Source: Setoptus koraiensis
Taxonomy: Eukaryota; Animalia; Arthropoda
Assembly: GCA_048013815.1 (NCBI GenBank)
Contig: CM106586.1
Location: forward strand, 13,888,001 to 13,952,000
Reading direction: 5' to 3'
DNA length: 64,000 nucleotides
Made by a program: the position numbers and the translations under genes. Shown here in pieces: positions 10,625 through 21,000 of this stretch (position 1 is its first letter; each line of letters begins with the position of its first letter). The notes below the pieces were generated by a model. The model worked only from the letters and a program-made list of their open reading frames with translations. It was not told where the DNA came from and searched no databases.

Positions 10625-12616
10625 ATGGACAACCTCGTTCATTTATACTGTTTCCTCAAAGAATTAGACGCTCTGACAAGCGGAAGCTCATTGAAGAATC
10701 AAGCAGACAACAATGTGTCTACACCATGGAAAACGAAATTCAACCTCGACACTAGTGTCCGTTTGGGTCTTTATGCCAATCGAATTATAAAAGCAAGATA
10801 TCGACAAATCTTTCCGCGATTTTTCTTAATAAAGTTGATGAATGAGCGACTCAGGTATCTACATGACACAGGCTTGAAAATGATCACGAATCATTTAGAT
10901 CAATTTTCGAAGATTTCAGATCAAGAAAAATCAGCCGCTCGCGGTTACCAGCAATTAAAGAAATCCAAAGTACCAATAAAATCACAGTTCACACTAGTAG
11001 ATGATATATTCTTTTTGACAGTTGGAAAATTGATCTATTTCTATTTCAATTTAGAGTGGCATGAGAGTTTTAGGAATATTTCGACCTCAGCAACGCATCA
11101 GCAAACTAAAAATAATGCTCCTGATGAGGATAGAATGGAACTTGGATTAGAAGTCATGTGCAGATCAATGAGTAAATTCTGCGAAAATCTCTTCATTAAA
11201 ACTGAAATATTACTAGATAAATGTGAAGTTATGGCGAAACCCACCAGCTTGGTTAAAAACAAAACAAATAAATCTAGAAATGGACATAAGGGAACTTCAT
11301 TGACGTCAACAAGATCAGGCAACAGCACTTATGAATTGATGACGTCAGATTACAGTAAAGCAAGTAAGATCGTTGAACAAATCATGAAAGAGATCAACAA
11401 GTTCAATAGAATTGCATTATTCACTTTGAATAGCTATTGTGCTTTGAAAGATGTTTATTTGAAAAAGTACCTAAAAGAAATTATAACAACACAAAGGAGT
11501 AAAGATGTCGACGCTTGTATCATACGTTATATCGAGGATATCATCCAAATGAATAGTTCGGAAGACCATCCAAATATTCAAATATTGAAAGTAGCCACAC
11601 CTCTTTATAATGCTGATGCATTCAACCCTTTCAAGCAACACACCGATACTGATAGCAATGAGATGGCAAGAGAACGAATGAAAGATCTAGATCGTGCTCA
11701 TAAACAGTTAGCTACAAAGAGGCTCGATAAATCACCGAGATTAGAAAAAGAATTCTTCAGAGATTTGCAGAAATTCAGCAAAGAAAGCCCATTTTTCATC
11801 CAACAATTTGTTGATTATTATAATCGCCAAACAAAAGAGCACACTTTTCGGCTTCTCTATGGCGAAAAGAAACTAGATAAATCAGCCCAGCAAAGTAATG
11901 AGTCGAAGACAAGCGATACAGGCATCTACTCTATAGATATCTACAAGGTTGTAATTGATCATTCCAAGCAGTATGACGATTCCACAGGAAAATTACTGAA
12001 ATTAAGATGGCCAGACATAGCAGCCGAAATGAAAGCTGACGAAGATAATGATACCGAGAACATAAAACTCCTAAGGAGCGTCCTGAAAATCGAGCTTCTA
12101 TGCGATGAAATAAATGTTTTTGAAACAAGTATCACCAGAAGTTTAGTCAAAGTCAATGTACAAATGATTTTAGATTTAATTGTCGACGAGATACAATCTT
12201 TTCCCAACGATGATGGGTCAGATAAAACTGATATCAAATCTATGGAGAAGATAACTAATCTGCTTGCAGTAGTAGAAGACATTCTAACCGATCTGTGTTC
12301 CCGATTTTTGTCTCAGCAACAATTGAATTATTTCCTAAGATTGACCCGATGTAACTTAGACTGTTTCTCCTCCAAATTTATTCAACATATTAAAAGGAAT
12401 TCAAAAAAGAACTTTGAGGGGGTAAGATCCAGTGACAAAAGAAACCACAAATTGATTGTATTATTCTATCGTATACAGACGATAAAATTTATTCAGATAG
12501 TTCAAGGTTTCACCAATATACTATTAAAACTGGTGAAACAGTATGAGCTCAGCCAAACTTTTATTATGGGTAAGATCTCGAGGGATCTAGATGAAAGTGT
12601 TTTCAATCTAGAATAG
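10625..12616 (+). CDS. Hypothetical 663-aa intronless, probably alpha-helical orphan protein
   Basis: A 1992-nt uninterrupted ORF in AT-rich DNA with normal-complexity composition. No recognisable motif. Confidence 0.82.
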   Translation: MDNLVHLYCFLKELDALTSGSSLKNQADNNVSTPWKTKFNLDTSVRLGLYANRIIKARYRQIFPRFFLIKLMNERLRYLHDTGLKMITNHLDQFSKISDQEKSAARGYQQLKKSKVPIKSQFTLVDDIFFLTVGKLIYFYFNLEWHESFRNISTSATHQQTKNNAPDEDRMELGLEVMCRSMSKFCENLFIKTEILLDKCEVMAKPTSLVKNKTNKSRNGHKGTSLTSTRSGNSTYELMTSDYSKASKIVEQIMKEINKFNRIALFTLNSYCALKDVYLKKYLKEIITTQRSKDVDACIIRYIEDIIQMNSSEDHPNIQILKVATPLYNADAFNPFKQHTDTDSNEMARERMKDLDRAHKQLATKRLDKSPRLEKEFFRDLQKFSKESPFFIQQFVDYYNRQTKEHTFRLLYGEKKLDKSAQQSNESKTSDTGIYSIDIYKVVIDHSKQYDDSTGKLLKLRWPDIAAEMKADEDNDTENIKLLRSVLKIELLCDEINVFETSITRSLVKVNVQMILDLIVDEIQSFPNDDGSDKTDIKSMEKITNLLAVVEDILTDLCSRFLSQQQLNYFLRLTRCNLDCFSSKFIQHIKRNSKKNFEGVRSSDKRNHKLIVLFYRIQTIKFIQIVQGFTNILLKLVKQYELSQTFIMGKISRDLDESVFNLE

Positions 12617-12798
12617 AGTAACAACTAGCGCGCGCTCCTCCATTTTCTCGCTGTAAACGCATAAATATGTATGAGCGTCGTTTTGGTGAACATTCGCATA
12701 AATGTATTTTATGATTAGAAATATATTTGTTTAGAAATAAATATATCGTTTATAATTTAGAGGTTGATAATTTTGTACATTCATTTTCATACTTCAAA

Positions 12799-14361
12799 AT
12801 GTTTAGCAAACTTAAATCGTTTATCGGTGGAGGTAACTCGAGAGATGACTCAAAGAAAGAGGATTCCAAGAGTGATGAGCCCAAGAAAGACGGTTCCAAA
12901 AGTGACGAGTCCAAGAAGGACGGTTCCAAAAGTGATGAGCCCAAGAAAGACGGTTCCAAAAGTGATGAGCCCAGGAAGGACGGTTCCAAAAGTGACGAGT
13001 CCAAGAAGGACGGTTCCAAGAGTGACGAGTCCAAGAAGGACGGTTCCAAGAGTGACGAGTCTAAGAAAGATGAGTCCAAGAATGAGGACTCTAAAAAAGA
13101 TAACTCTAAAAAAACGGAGTCCACAGGAAAAGATTCTGTGAAGGTGGACACTGAAAAGGAGGATCCGATGAAGGCGAGATCCGAAAAACAGGATGCTAAA
13201 AAAGTAGGCATGTATAAACAGGATGATGTGGAAGTGAACTCCCCCAAGAAGGGAGAATCTAACAAGGGTGCTGATAAAAAAGACGATAATGATGTGCCCG
13301 AAAAAGGATTGAAAAAAAAAGGCAATATACAAAAATCATTGTCAGACGCTATGACACCGAGTGTCAAGGGATCAGGAAATAGGAAAGAAGGGCAAGAAGG
13401 CTCTAGCAGAACCAATTCCATTGCTCCCAGTGGTTCAGAACCTACAACGGTTGCGAGTAAGAGATATGAGCAAGTTTCGTCACCCTCTAACGATAGTCTG
13501 TCATCAGAAAATAATTTTGCTTCTAGCCAAGGCGGCTATAGCGTTATTTCTGACGACGATGGCTATGATATGGAATTGGACAAGGATATCATAGATGCGA
13601 TGATGAAGGACGAAGACAGTGAGTCGGAGATGGATGACTCTTCTAGCCCGGATGACTCTTCTAGCCCGGATATCTCTCCGGTCGCTCCAGAAGGGCGGTC
13701 ACCGGCTCAAAAGATCCAGCGCAAAATTGGAAAATCTCCAAAAGTTGAAAAAGGAGGCTCCAGATCTGGCAGTAAGAGTCCAACGAGAGGCCATCGCTCG
13801 CCGGCTCAGAAAATCCAGCGTAAAACCAAAAAATCTCCAAGAGGCCAAAAAAGAAGCGCTAGATCTGCCAGTAAGAGTCCAACAAGAGGCCATCGCTCGC
13901 CGGCTCGGAAAATCCAGCGTAAAACCACAAAATCTCCAAGAGGTAAAAAAAGAGGCGCTAGATCCGCCAGTAAGAGTCCAACAACGGTACGTAAATCACC
14001 GGCTCGAGCGGTCCAGCGTAAAACCACAAAATCTCCACGAGGTCAAAAAAGAGGCGCTAGATCTGCCAGTAAGAGCCCAGCTACGCGCCGTAGATCACCG
14101 GCTCGGAAAATCCAGCGTAAAACCACAAAATCTCCAAGAGGTCGAAAAAGAGGCGCTAGATCTGCCAGTAAGAGTCCAGCTACGGGCCGTAAATCACCAC
14201 GTAATCAGCTGAAAAAATCCAGCCCGTCACCGAGAACCAGAAGATATTTAGCTAGAGAGGTTAAGAAGAACGCTAAAAAGTCAAGAGGTCGACGCGCAAG
14301 TGTAAAGAAAACAAGAAACGCTAGGAGAAAATCTTCGAACTCTTCGCCGAGGAGCGGATGA
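12799..14361 (+). CDS. 520-aa tripartite repeat protein: zwitterionic 10-aa repeats, acidic centre, basic 33-aa SPx[KR] repeats (protamine-like/histone-H1-tail-like)
   Basis: ATG at 12799 in an AAAATG context. Repeat unit divergence is largely frame-preserving. The C-terminal half is dominated by K, R, S, P, A and G. Confidence 0.85.
   Translation: MFSKLKSFIGGGNSRDDSKKEDSKSDEPKKDGSKSDESKKDGSKSDEPKKDGSKSDEPRKDGSKSDESKKDGSKSDESKKDGSKSDESKKDESKNEDSKKDNSKKTESTGKDSVKVDTEKEDPMKARSEKQDAKKVGMYKQDDVEVNSPKKGESNKGADKKDDNDVPEKGLKKKGNIQKSLSDAMTPSVKGSGNRKEGQEGSSRTNSIAPSGSEPTTVASKRYEQVSSPSNDSLSSENNFASSQGGYSVISDDDGYDMELDKDIIDAMMKDEDSESEMDDSSSPDDSSSPDISPVAPEGRSPAQKIQRKIGKSPKVEKGGSRSGSKSPTRGHRSPAQKIQRKTKKSPRGQKRSARSASKSPTRGHRSPARKIQRKTTKSPRGKKRGARSASKSPTTVRKSPARAVQRKTTKSPRGQKRGARSASKSPATRRRSPARKIQRKTTKSPRGRKRGARSASKSPATGRKSPRNQLKKSSPSPRTRRYLAREVKKNAKKSRGRRASVKKTRNARRKSSNSSPRSG
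12865..13104 (+). repeat. 30-bp coding tandem repeat, 7 near-perfect copies plus 1 degenerate (SKSDE[PS][KR]KDG)
   Basis: Units start at 12865, 12895, 12925, 12955, 12985, 13015, 13045 and 13075. Confidence 0.95.
13699..14210 (+). repeat. 99-bp coding tandem repeat, 5 copies plus a partial (SPA[QR]KIQRKT.KSPRG.KRGARSASKSP....R)
   Basis: Units start at 13699, 13798, 13897, 13996, 14095 and 14194. Confidence 0.95.
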
Positions 14362-14789
14362 GGAACGTAAACATCACATTTGTCATGTCCTTTGTAAATT
14401 GATTCTTACTAAATTCCGGTGATACATGACTCGAAAGCATTATATCAATATAAATTCTTAGTATAAATAATTATTTAAATAAATAATTATCAATAGAGGC
14501 ACTGGCTTCAAGCGCTTCTCAAGAGTTCAATGTTCTCGGTATTATTTCATCGTCGGTTTCGATTTCGACAGCTATGTCTAGTCGTCTTGATTGATTTGCC
14601 TGTGTTTCTTTTTACCAAAGTAAAAAGCCGAAATTCATCTCGTCTTCGTTCGTCGCTTATACAACAGAAATATAGAGACATATGTATTCATACACGATAG
14701 ACACTAATATAGACGAATCACGAATCTGAGCATCGCTCATTGCAAGTTAAGCGACCTTCATTTGATGGTGTTAGGCCCAGAAGAGGGTT

Positions 14790-15060
14790 CGTTTTCTGAT
14801 CTACCCAAGGATGGTTGATTTGCTCATTTTGCCTAACACTCTTGGCGATCGATTGGATTTTTTTTTTGTTAATACCATAGCTTGTGAGTGTCTTAAATTC
14901 AACAGAATTCAATAGAAGAGCTAATCACTGAACTTGTTAGTGATTGGAAAAAAAACTAATCGCCGATGCTAACATATTAAGCTGGAGTTTTCAGCTGGAA
15001 AACATTTTAAGTTGGCTATCAAAAATAGTCAGGAGATAAATTTTCGTCAACCACAATGAG
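14790..15060 (+). repeat. Dispersed repeat A, copy 1 (homologous to 49075-49415)
   Basis: Shared blocks in order: GATTTGCTCATT, AACACTCTT.GCGATCGATT, CCAT.GCTTGTGA, ATTCAATAGAAGAGC, TGAACTTGTTAG, TTAAGCTG.AGTTTTCAGCTGGAAAAC, GTTGGCTA.CAAAAATAG, CCACAATGA. Confidence 0.85.
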
Positions 15061-15563
15061 CAAGCCACTATAAAACTCATTGGTTCTCATTTCGAGATCA
15101 TGAAAGAGTCCAGAGCTGGACCTGAGCGAACAATTAAACGAGTCAGGCTATTGGCCACCCAAAATGCGTCGCCTATCCGCCTTCCCACTGGCGTAACCCA
15201 GTGGGTGAATGCGTGCCCATGGGTTGACCCATGGGCTAGAGAAAACCCATGGCGCAGCAAAACGGGCGCAACTCCATCCATGGGTCGTGCCACCACCACT
15301 ACACTGTGTACTTGTCAGGTCCAAACTGTTAAATTCAGTAGGACAATGAGTCTAGAACATTTCATTTTTGAAAAAACAACTCTCTGGAATGTTTTTTTTA
15401 GCTAATTTCGATGGTAAATCAGAATAACTCTCTTTGGAATGAAAATTTCTAAAAATACTCGCAATATAGACACTCAGGCTACTCATGCTCATCAAATGAT
15501 AATATCGCAATCCCAAAACACATTTTACCTCATATGCATTGTGAGTCAAAATTTTTGGTCTCA

Positions 15564-15570
15564 TATAAAT
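15564..15570 (+). promoter_or_regulatory. TATA box of secreted-protein paralog 1
   Basis: CATATAAAT.GGGTGAGAT ~105 nt upstream of the ATG. The same motif, with GATAATATCGC further upstream, is conserved in paralog 2. Confidence 0.65.
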
Positions 15571-15673
15571 AGGGGTGAGATCACCAGTGGTCTGCTGGCA
15601 ATCAATGAAAAGTAAGATTCATTTGGTTGAAGAAACTAAAGATTTGAACAATTTTTAAATAAAAATTCATATT

Positions 15674-16795
15674 ATGATGTCAGAACAAAAATTACTAGTC
15701 TCTTTACTAATCGTCGGCGCCGTCGCTTGTTTCCTGCCTAGTAGTTCAGCTGGGGATGGCGAGGGGAAACTGTGGACATCATCCAAGTCACTTTGCAAAG
15801 ACAGAGTAAAATCTATCGACTCGGTGTCAAAATTCATAGAATTTGCGAATGAAATGGACCAAACACCGAAACTAGAAAGCAAAAAAACTACCGAGCTCAT
15901 CAACAACTGTTTGAACAGTTTTGATGGTGTGGGAGATGTTAGAGCTGTGTACAAAATAGTTCAACGAATTCCAACAGTACATTCTGTATGCGAACAGGAT
16001 TTCAGAAAGGAATTATGCAGATTCAGCGCACGCGTGAATGGCAAGGGATCTCAATCCCAGGGATGCAAAACAACTCATGGATTATTCAGATTCATTTCAT
16101 TGCTGGTTGGTCAGGTTATTTTAACCTGCAAAAGAAACCTAGAAACAAAACTAGAGCTAGCAGAACAGTCAGACGAGGCCGTCAAGCGAAGCTTTGATGC
16201 TGTGGAAAACGATCAAAGTGTTCGTAAAATAATCGAAGCGAATTTGCATCTACCAGAAGTTGATCTACCAGAGAACATAGTTACATGGAGCGCTTTGTTG
16301 TCCGATCCAGAGCAAAGGTCCTTCCCTCTGGATACCAAAGAAATAGTTGAACAGTATTTGAATATAAAGCGATCTTGCAACTTGATTGATAGTTACGCGC
16401 GGAACTCAATCTATCCCATTAAGATATTAGCCATCCGTGGTTTCAAGGCTGGAGACAATGACGATGTTACAGACAACAAATTGAGTAGCAGCTCAAGAGT
16501 CCGTCGCTGGCTCAAAACTGTCCAATATTGCCACGGTCTAGGATTACTAACTTTTTATCCGGGCACTGAAGTACCTGAAAGCTTGTCGAACGATGTACTT
16601 GATGGCAAGCTGCACGATGGATTCGAACCAAAGAGCTTCGAAATTACTGACCGATTTGATGACTTTAGCCAGGATCTCTGGTACAAATATCAGCCACAAG
16701 TACAACAAAAGAGCGGAATCAAAGACCGGCTCAAGAAAGGTTTTGACAAGCTGAAACAATGCTTCCGTCCTAACGATGGAGAGGATGACGGATGA
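15674..16795 (+). CDS. Secreted 6-Cys family protein, paralog 1 (373 aa; candidate salivary effector)
   Basis: Signal peptide MMSEQKLLVSLLIVGAVACFLPSSSA, single exon, about half identical to 47494-48582 with six shared Cys. No known domain recognised. Confidence 0.9.
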   Translation: MMSEQKLLVSLLIVGAVACFLPSSSAGDGEGKLWTSSKSLCKDRVKSIDSVSKFIEFANEMDQTPKLESKKTTELINNCLNSFDGVGDVRAVYKIVQRIPTVHSVCEQDFRKELCRFSARVNGKGSQSQGCKTTHGLFRFISLLVGQVILTCKRNLETKLELAEQSDEAVKRSFDAVENDQSVRKIIEANLHLPEVDLPENIVTWSALLSDPEQRSFPLDTKEIVEQYLNIKRSCNLIDSYARNSIYPIKILAIRGFKAGDNDDVTDNKLSSSSRVRRWLKTVQYCHGLGLLTFYPGTEVPESLSNDVLDGKLHDGFEPKSFEITDRFDDFSQDLWYKYQPQVQQKSGIKDRLKKGFDKLKQCFRPNDGEDDG

Positions 16796-17155
16796 GTAAG
16801 AATCGTACGATATGAAGAGTTCGTTCTTACGAATCGTATGATATGATATGAATAGAAACAGTGCTCGAACATTTGCGAGCTCTCATCAGTAAAAAGTCTC
16901 TTTTTTCGATTCTATTTTCATACTGTATTTATTGGCCAGCGCTTGTTCTAGGAGCCAGCTTTTCGCATCTCATTAGGTCGATCAGAAAACGAAATTGGCA
17001 AGGTCTCACACTTGAGTTGTTGATAGAAAAAGATTGTCCAATTGGAGATGTTTTTATTTTGGGTCTTCGTTTTCAAAAATAGGGCTTTGTTTGAAAGGTT
17101 TTTCTCAGATGAACCAAGAGAGATCTGGTTCATTTCTGTTTCTTGTTTGCATTTT
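16796..17155 (+). repeat. Conserved non-coding 3' flank of the secreted family (copy 1)
   Basis: Collinear with the reverse complement of 47095-47493 and with 2905-3185. Confidence 0.85.
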
Positions 17156-17611
17156 CCCAATCGTCGCTATTGAACATGATGAGAAAGGTCCATATTGAAT
17201 TCGGACAGCTTAACTAGACAATTTACAAAACAATTCTCAAAATCCTAGATCACACTTGAGTTGATGCATCCATTGTAGAATGTTTTCATTTTGCCAATCT
17301 GTTCTAACTATCCCATAGAGATCGCTCGCTATAAGATCTTTCTATCTTATATCAAGATTGTCTTTTGTTTCTGAAAAGGTGCCCATTTTACCATCGAACG
17401 ACCAGGAGGAGCGACCATCTTCCTTCCGACTGCTTCCCTCTCCCCTGATCACTAATTCTGACTGGCAACTTGCCAGTGGCAAGTACTGAAAAATTCGACG
17501 TTTGGATCGGATAGTGATCGTCCTGTCGAACTTCATAAGGCCGAATGATCAAAACGCCCAAATCATGAGGCGTTGAGTAGTTTAACCCGTAAATTCAAAG
17601 TAAATCTAGCA

Positions 17612-17836
17612 ATGAAGCATTTGATCGAAACTTTATTATTCGCCTTCTTGGTCTGCAGTGGATTGTTTTCCGATCGAGTCTATACTTCGTCAGAAGATGG
17701 TAGCTACCCAATTCATTGTCCAGAACCTGAAAAATGTAACAGAGAATTACGTAGAGACGCGTTTCGACATATCAAGACCATTAAAGAGTTTCAGTTTTAT
17801 GCCAACAAGTTGATCAAAGATGATTTAGAGGTGTGA
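17612..17836 (+). CDS. Small putative secreted peptide (74 aa, 2 Cys in the mature part)
   Basis: MKHLIETLLFAFLVCSGLFS is signal-like, followed by HCPEPEKC. The ORF is short, so it may be spurious or partial. Confidence 0.45.
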   Translation: MKHLIETLLFAFLVCSGLFSDRVYTSSEDGSYPIHCPEPEKCNRELRRDAFRHIKTIKEFQFYANKLIKDDLEV

Positions 17837-18098
17837 GAATTGCGATAGTTACCTTGTTACTGTACGCAGTAAACCTAAACAGATGACAACGCTAGTATTT
17901 ACAATAAAAACTTGGGTCGAACCCTAATCAACAAATTAAAACACCAAGGGAACCTTCGAAGGGCACAAAAATAGCTGATCGCAATATCTGAGGTTAGGCT
18001 CTTGGTCGTGAGAGATAAATTGTTACAGGAAAATTACACACTGTGTAGTACACTTATAAAGCCATTTAGATATCACAAATGATAAGAATTTCTTTGTT

Positions 18099-19761
18099 TT
18101 ATGGTTGACTAGAACAATTATTCTGTATGGAGGAATCTGGCTTCGGCCGTTGACCCCGAAATAGTAACAAATAGAAAATTGCCACCACTATCGAGCATAC
18201 CGATAGAAACATCATGGAATCTGCGTGTTGGAGAGGACCATTAGCAAAAATCGTAGTTAAGATTAAAAATCACTATCAATTATGCCATGAATATAGAATG
18301 AGGAGTCATAATATCGTAACTTACCTCCATAAGAGTATTCCCCATCGCTCGTCTTCTTTTTCATATATACCACAATCAGTGAGAAGATACTATTTAAAAA
18401 CATCACGGAAGTTGTTGAAAATCCAGAAATTGTTGCTTCGCGAACAAAACCACTGCATAAATGGGCGGACATATTTGCGAAACACGGTTTAGCTGTACTA
18501 CCGAGGAATGCTGTGAATAACGATGAACTGATTATCAGCCACTTGTGGTCTCGTAATTGTATGGCTTGAAAATATAACACTATTGCCACGGTGCTAAGGC
18601 AGGCTAATATCTTGACACCAGTTAGGCTAGTTTTAATTATAAGCACTGAATAAGATGACACAAAGAGGAATACTGAACCAGATATAGCTCCTATTGACAT
18701 TAGCTGACCACAGAATTGGTTGTCGTAATTTGCAGTTTTTAGTATATCTTGTAGTATGGGTGATATTGCTAAGGGAAACACTTCTCTGCAGGTCAAAAAA
18801 AACGAGTGGATCATGAAATCTTTGTTACTCAGCATAATTTTTATGCCATCCCTATAGGATATTGTAGAGTTGCTGGATATCATTACACGATTACTGGGAG
18901 GTGTAGGTGGCTTCGAGTCGCGGACACATATCGACACAATCAAAACTGAAGTCAGTGCCACTGCCAGATTGAGATATGCCAATAAGTATACCTGGTAGCG
19001 ATTTGTAATATAGATTGGCATCATGTAAGCTGCAATAGCATATCCAATTTCGAAGCCGATATATATCACAGCCCAAGCGGTAAATCGTTCTTTCTCTTTA
19101 AACCATGTCTCGGAAACCTTTAGTGGTAAACAAAAAAACAAAGTTACAACTTGTTGATTGATAATCGTTGAGATAACAAAATAAAAGTAACGTAAACTAA
19201 TATAAAATGGTAAATCCGGCAAGAAAAAGAGAGCTCTAAGTCCATTACGCAATAGAGTCAGCACTACTCCTGTATATATTCCGACTTTCAGACCCCATTT
19301 GTCGACTATCCAGGCGGTTGGCAAAGTGGTCACAAGAGGTATGTATGAGCAAGCGCTTACTATCCAAGTGTATATTTTGAGATCTGTGCTCAATAAATCG
19401 AGTATAACTTCCAAGACGGGAGCCAAAACCTCGGTCTAGAATTGTGCATACAAGTCAGACACAAAAACAAGATTATTTATCTCCTTCTATTAGATAGAAA
19501 TATGAAATATTGTTATGTCAGTAAGAATCAAAGTTTGGTATAAATGTAACTCACTATTGCAAGCGAAAAACCCCAGACGAACATTGCAAATAACACTAGC
19601 CATCTTCTTCTATTCGACTTGAAAATATTCACAGTGGTAACTTGGTCTGTAATCTCGTCAGGTGATTCGACAGAGTTTTCATTACAGTGTTCATAAGATG
19701 ATGTGACATTGTCCAGTAAGTCATTTTCGACAATTGGCTTCTCTTCGCTTTCGCAAATCAT
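18099..19761 (-). CDS. MFS transporter, SLC49 (FLVCR/DIRC2-like) family; exons 19761-19555, 19435-18325, 18220-18099
   Basis: RRRWLVLF before TM1, motif-A-like WIVDKWGLK, FCLPLKVSETWFKEKERFTA and DSKPPTPPS. Introns GTGAGT..TAG and GTAAGT..CAG are phase-compatible, and the last exon supplies TM12 (DSMMFLSVCSIVVAIFYLLLF). Confidence 0.88.
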
Positions 19762-20539
19762 GTCGAATTGTCTCACACAAGCTTGTTGAAATAATTAAAT
19801 CTCGTTAAATGTGGTGTTAGATTCATTAAGAAGATGTATTCTAAAAGAACTCTATTTCAGTCGATGTTGAGATTGGCACATTGATGGAGTGACAAACAAT
19901 TCTATCGCTAGTGCTTCAATTGATCTCTAGCGATAGAGCTGTCAATTTGTATTTTATCACTAACGGTTGAAGGCTGTCTACATGTAGTAATGACGATGAT
20001 ATATTTCAGATATATCCATGTGGCATGAATAGTTGATGACATACATAAAGATCCTAGACAAGATAGTAATCTACACCTGTGATCATTGAATTGGTGGCAA
20101 TGAAAAATACAATCCAACATACGCTGCTCAAAAAATAATAATATTACACATGTATCACATGTTCGAGTAACTTACACAAATCGTTGGACTCATTGACGGT
20201 GTACTTGTTCATACGGGATGAATGTCTGAAAGCATTTATCACAAAACCAGACATATAGTCGGAAAAATAAACAAGGAACCTTTGCTACAACATTAGGAAT
20301 TTTTACATATACTTTTTTTCTGTTAATTTCCAAACCAAATACAAAATACTGCACACATCCTAGTGTTGGTGCGCGCCTAACGACAGGCGAATTTTCATGC
20401 AGAGTGAGAACTTATGTTACTGTTCAAGAGATACACTGAAACGAATACTGTCTAACTGAAAGCGACTCTCTTCGAATGTAAATTTTTGTAGCCGAATTCC
20501 TCCTGACCTCAGCTTGAATATTTTGGGGCCGAGGTGCCT

Positions 20540-21000
20540 TGCTGACTCATCCCCATGACCAGGGCGCCAAACATATCTACCATTGCTGTTCTCGTTGCTC
20601 TTTTAAAGAGACGGTGGCCGTCAGTGATCGAATTTGCTGGTATCCCTCGTGGAATTCCATTGACACCACCATCTCCCCTGGTGTCATTCCGATGGATACT
20701 CTCAAGTGGAAGCTCTCGCAAGAAAATATTTTTTCCAATGACCGGAACCTAATGAGAAAGGAATTTCTCGCGCGGGGGGGGGACACTGGACGGGAGATAG
20801 GACTCCCATCATGGGAGTTTGTGCGTGTGCTCCGGCATGACAAAACATGTTGTTGGTGTTTGAATTTCGAGCAAATTTTCGCGCATGCGTGCAATTCGTA
20901 GAAAAAGTATTCCTTCGAGAAAAAACCAAGCCGATAATCAAGTGTGTGCAATGCAACTTACTGTTGTGTCTGCCTGCAGAGAGTACGTCGTTCGTGCGCA
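20540..21000 (+). mobile_element. Possible decayed piggyBac transposase C-terminal fragment
   Basis: Across frameshifts: HDQGAKHIYHCCSR / KRRWP (cf. DQ..Y..R..RRWP), then RACVQF..KTKPIIKCVQCNLLLCL..STSF, resembling the piggyBac C-terminal Cys-rich domain with two Cys lost. No TTAA/TIR ends found. Confidence 0.42.

Noticed and set aside
13699-14210. 99-bp periodic array as a CRISPR-like locus
   Set aside because: Whole units repeat with no unique spacers, the array is in frame within a eukaryotic CDS, and no cas genes are present.
12750-14212. Long antisense and alternate-frame ORFs over the repeat protein
   Set aside because: They are by-products of stop-poor 30-bp and 99-bp coding repeats.
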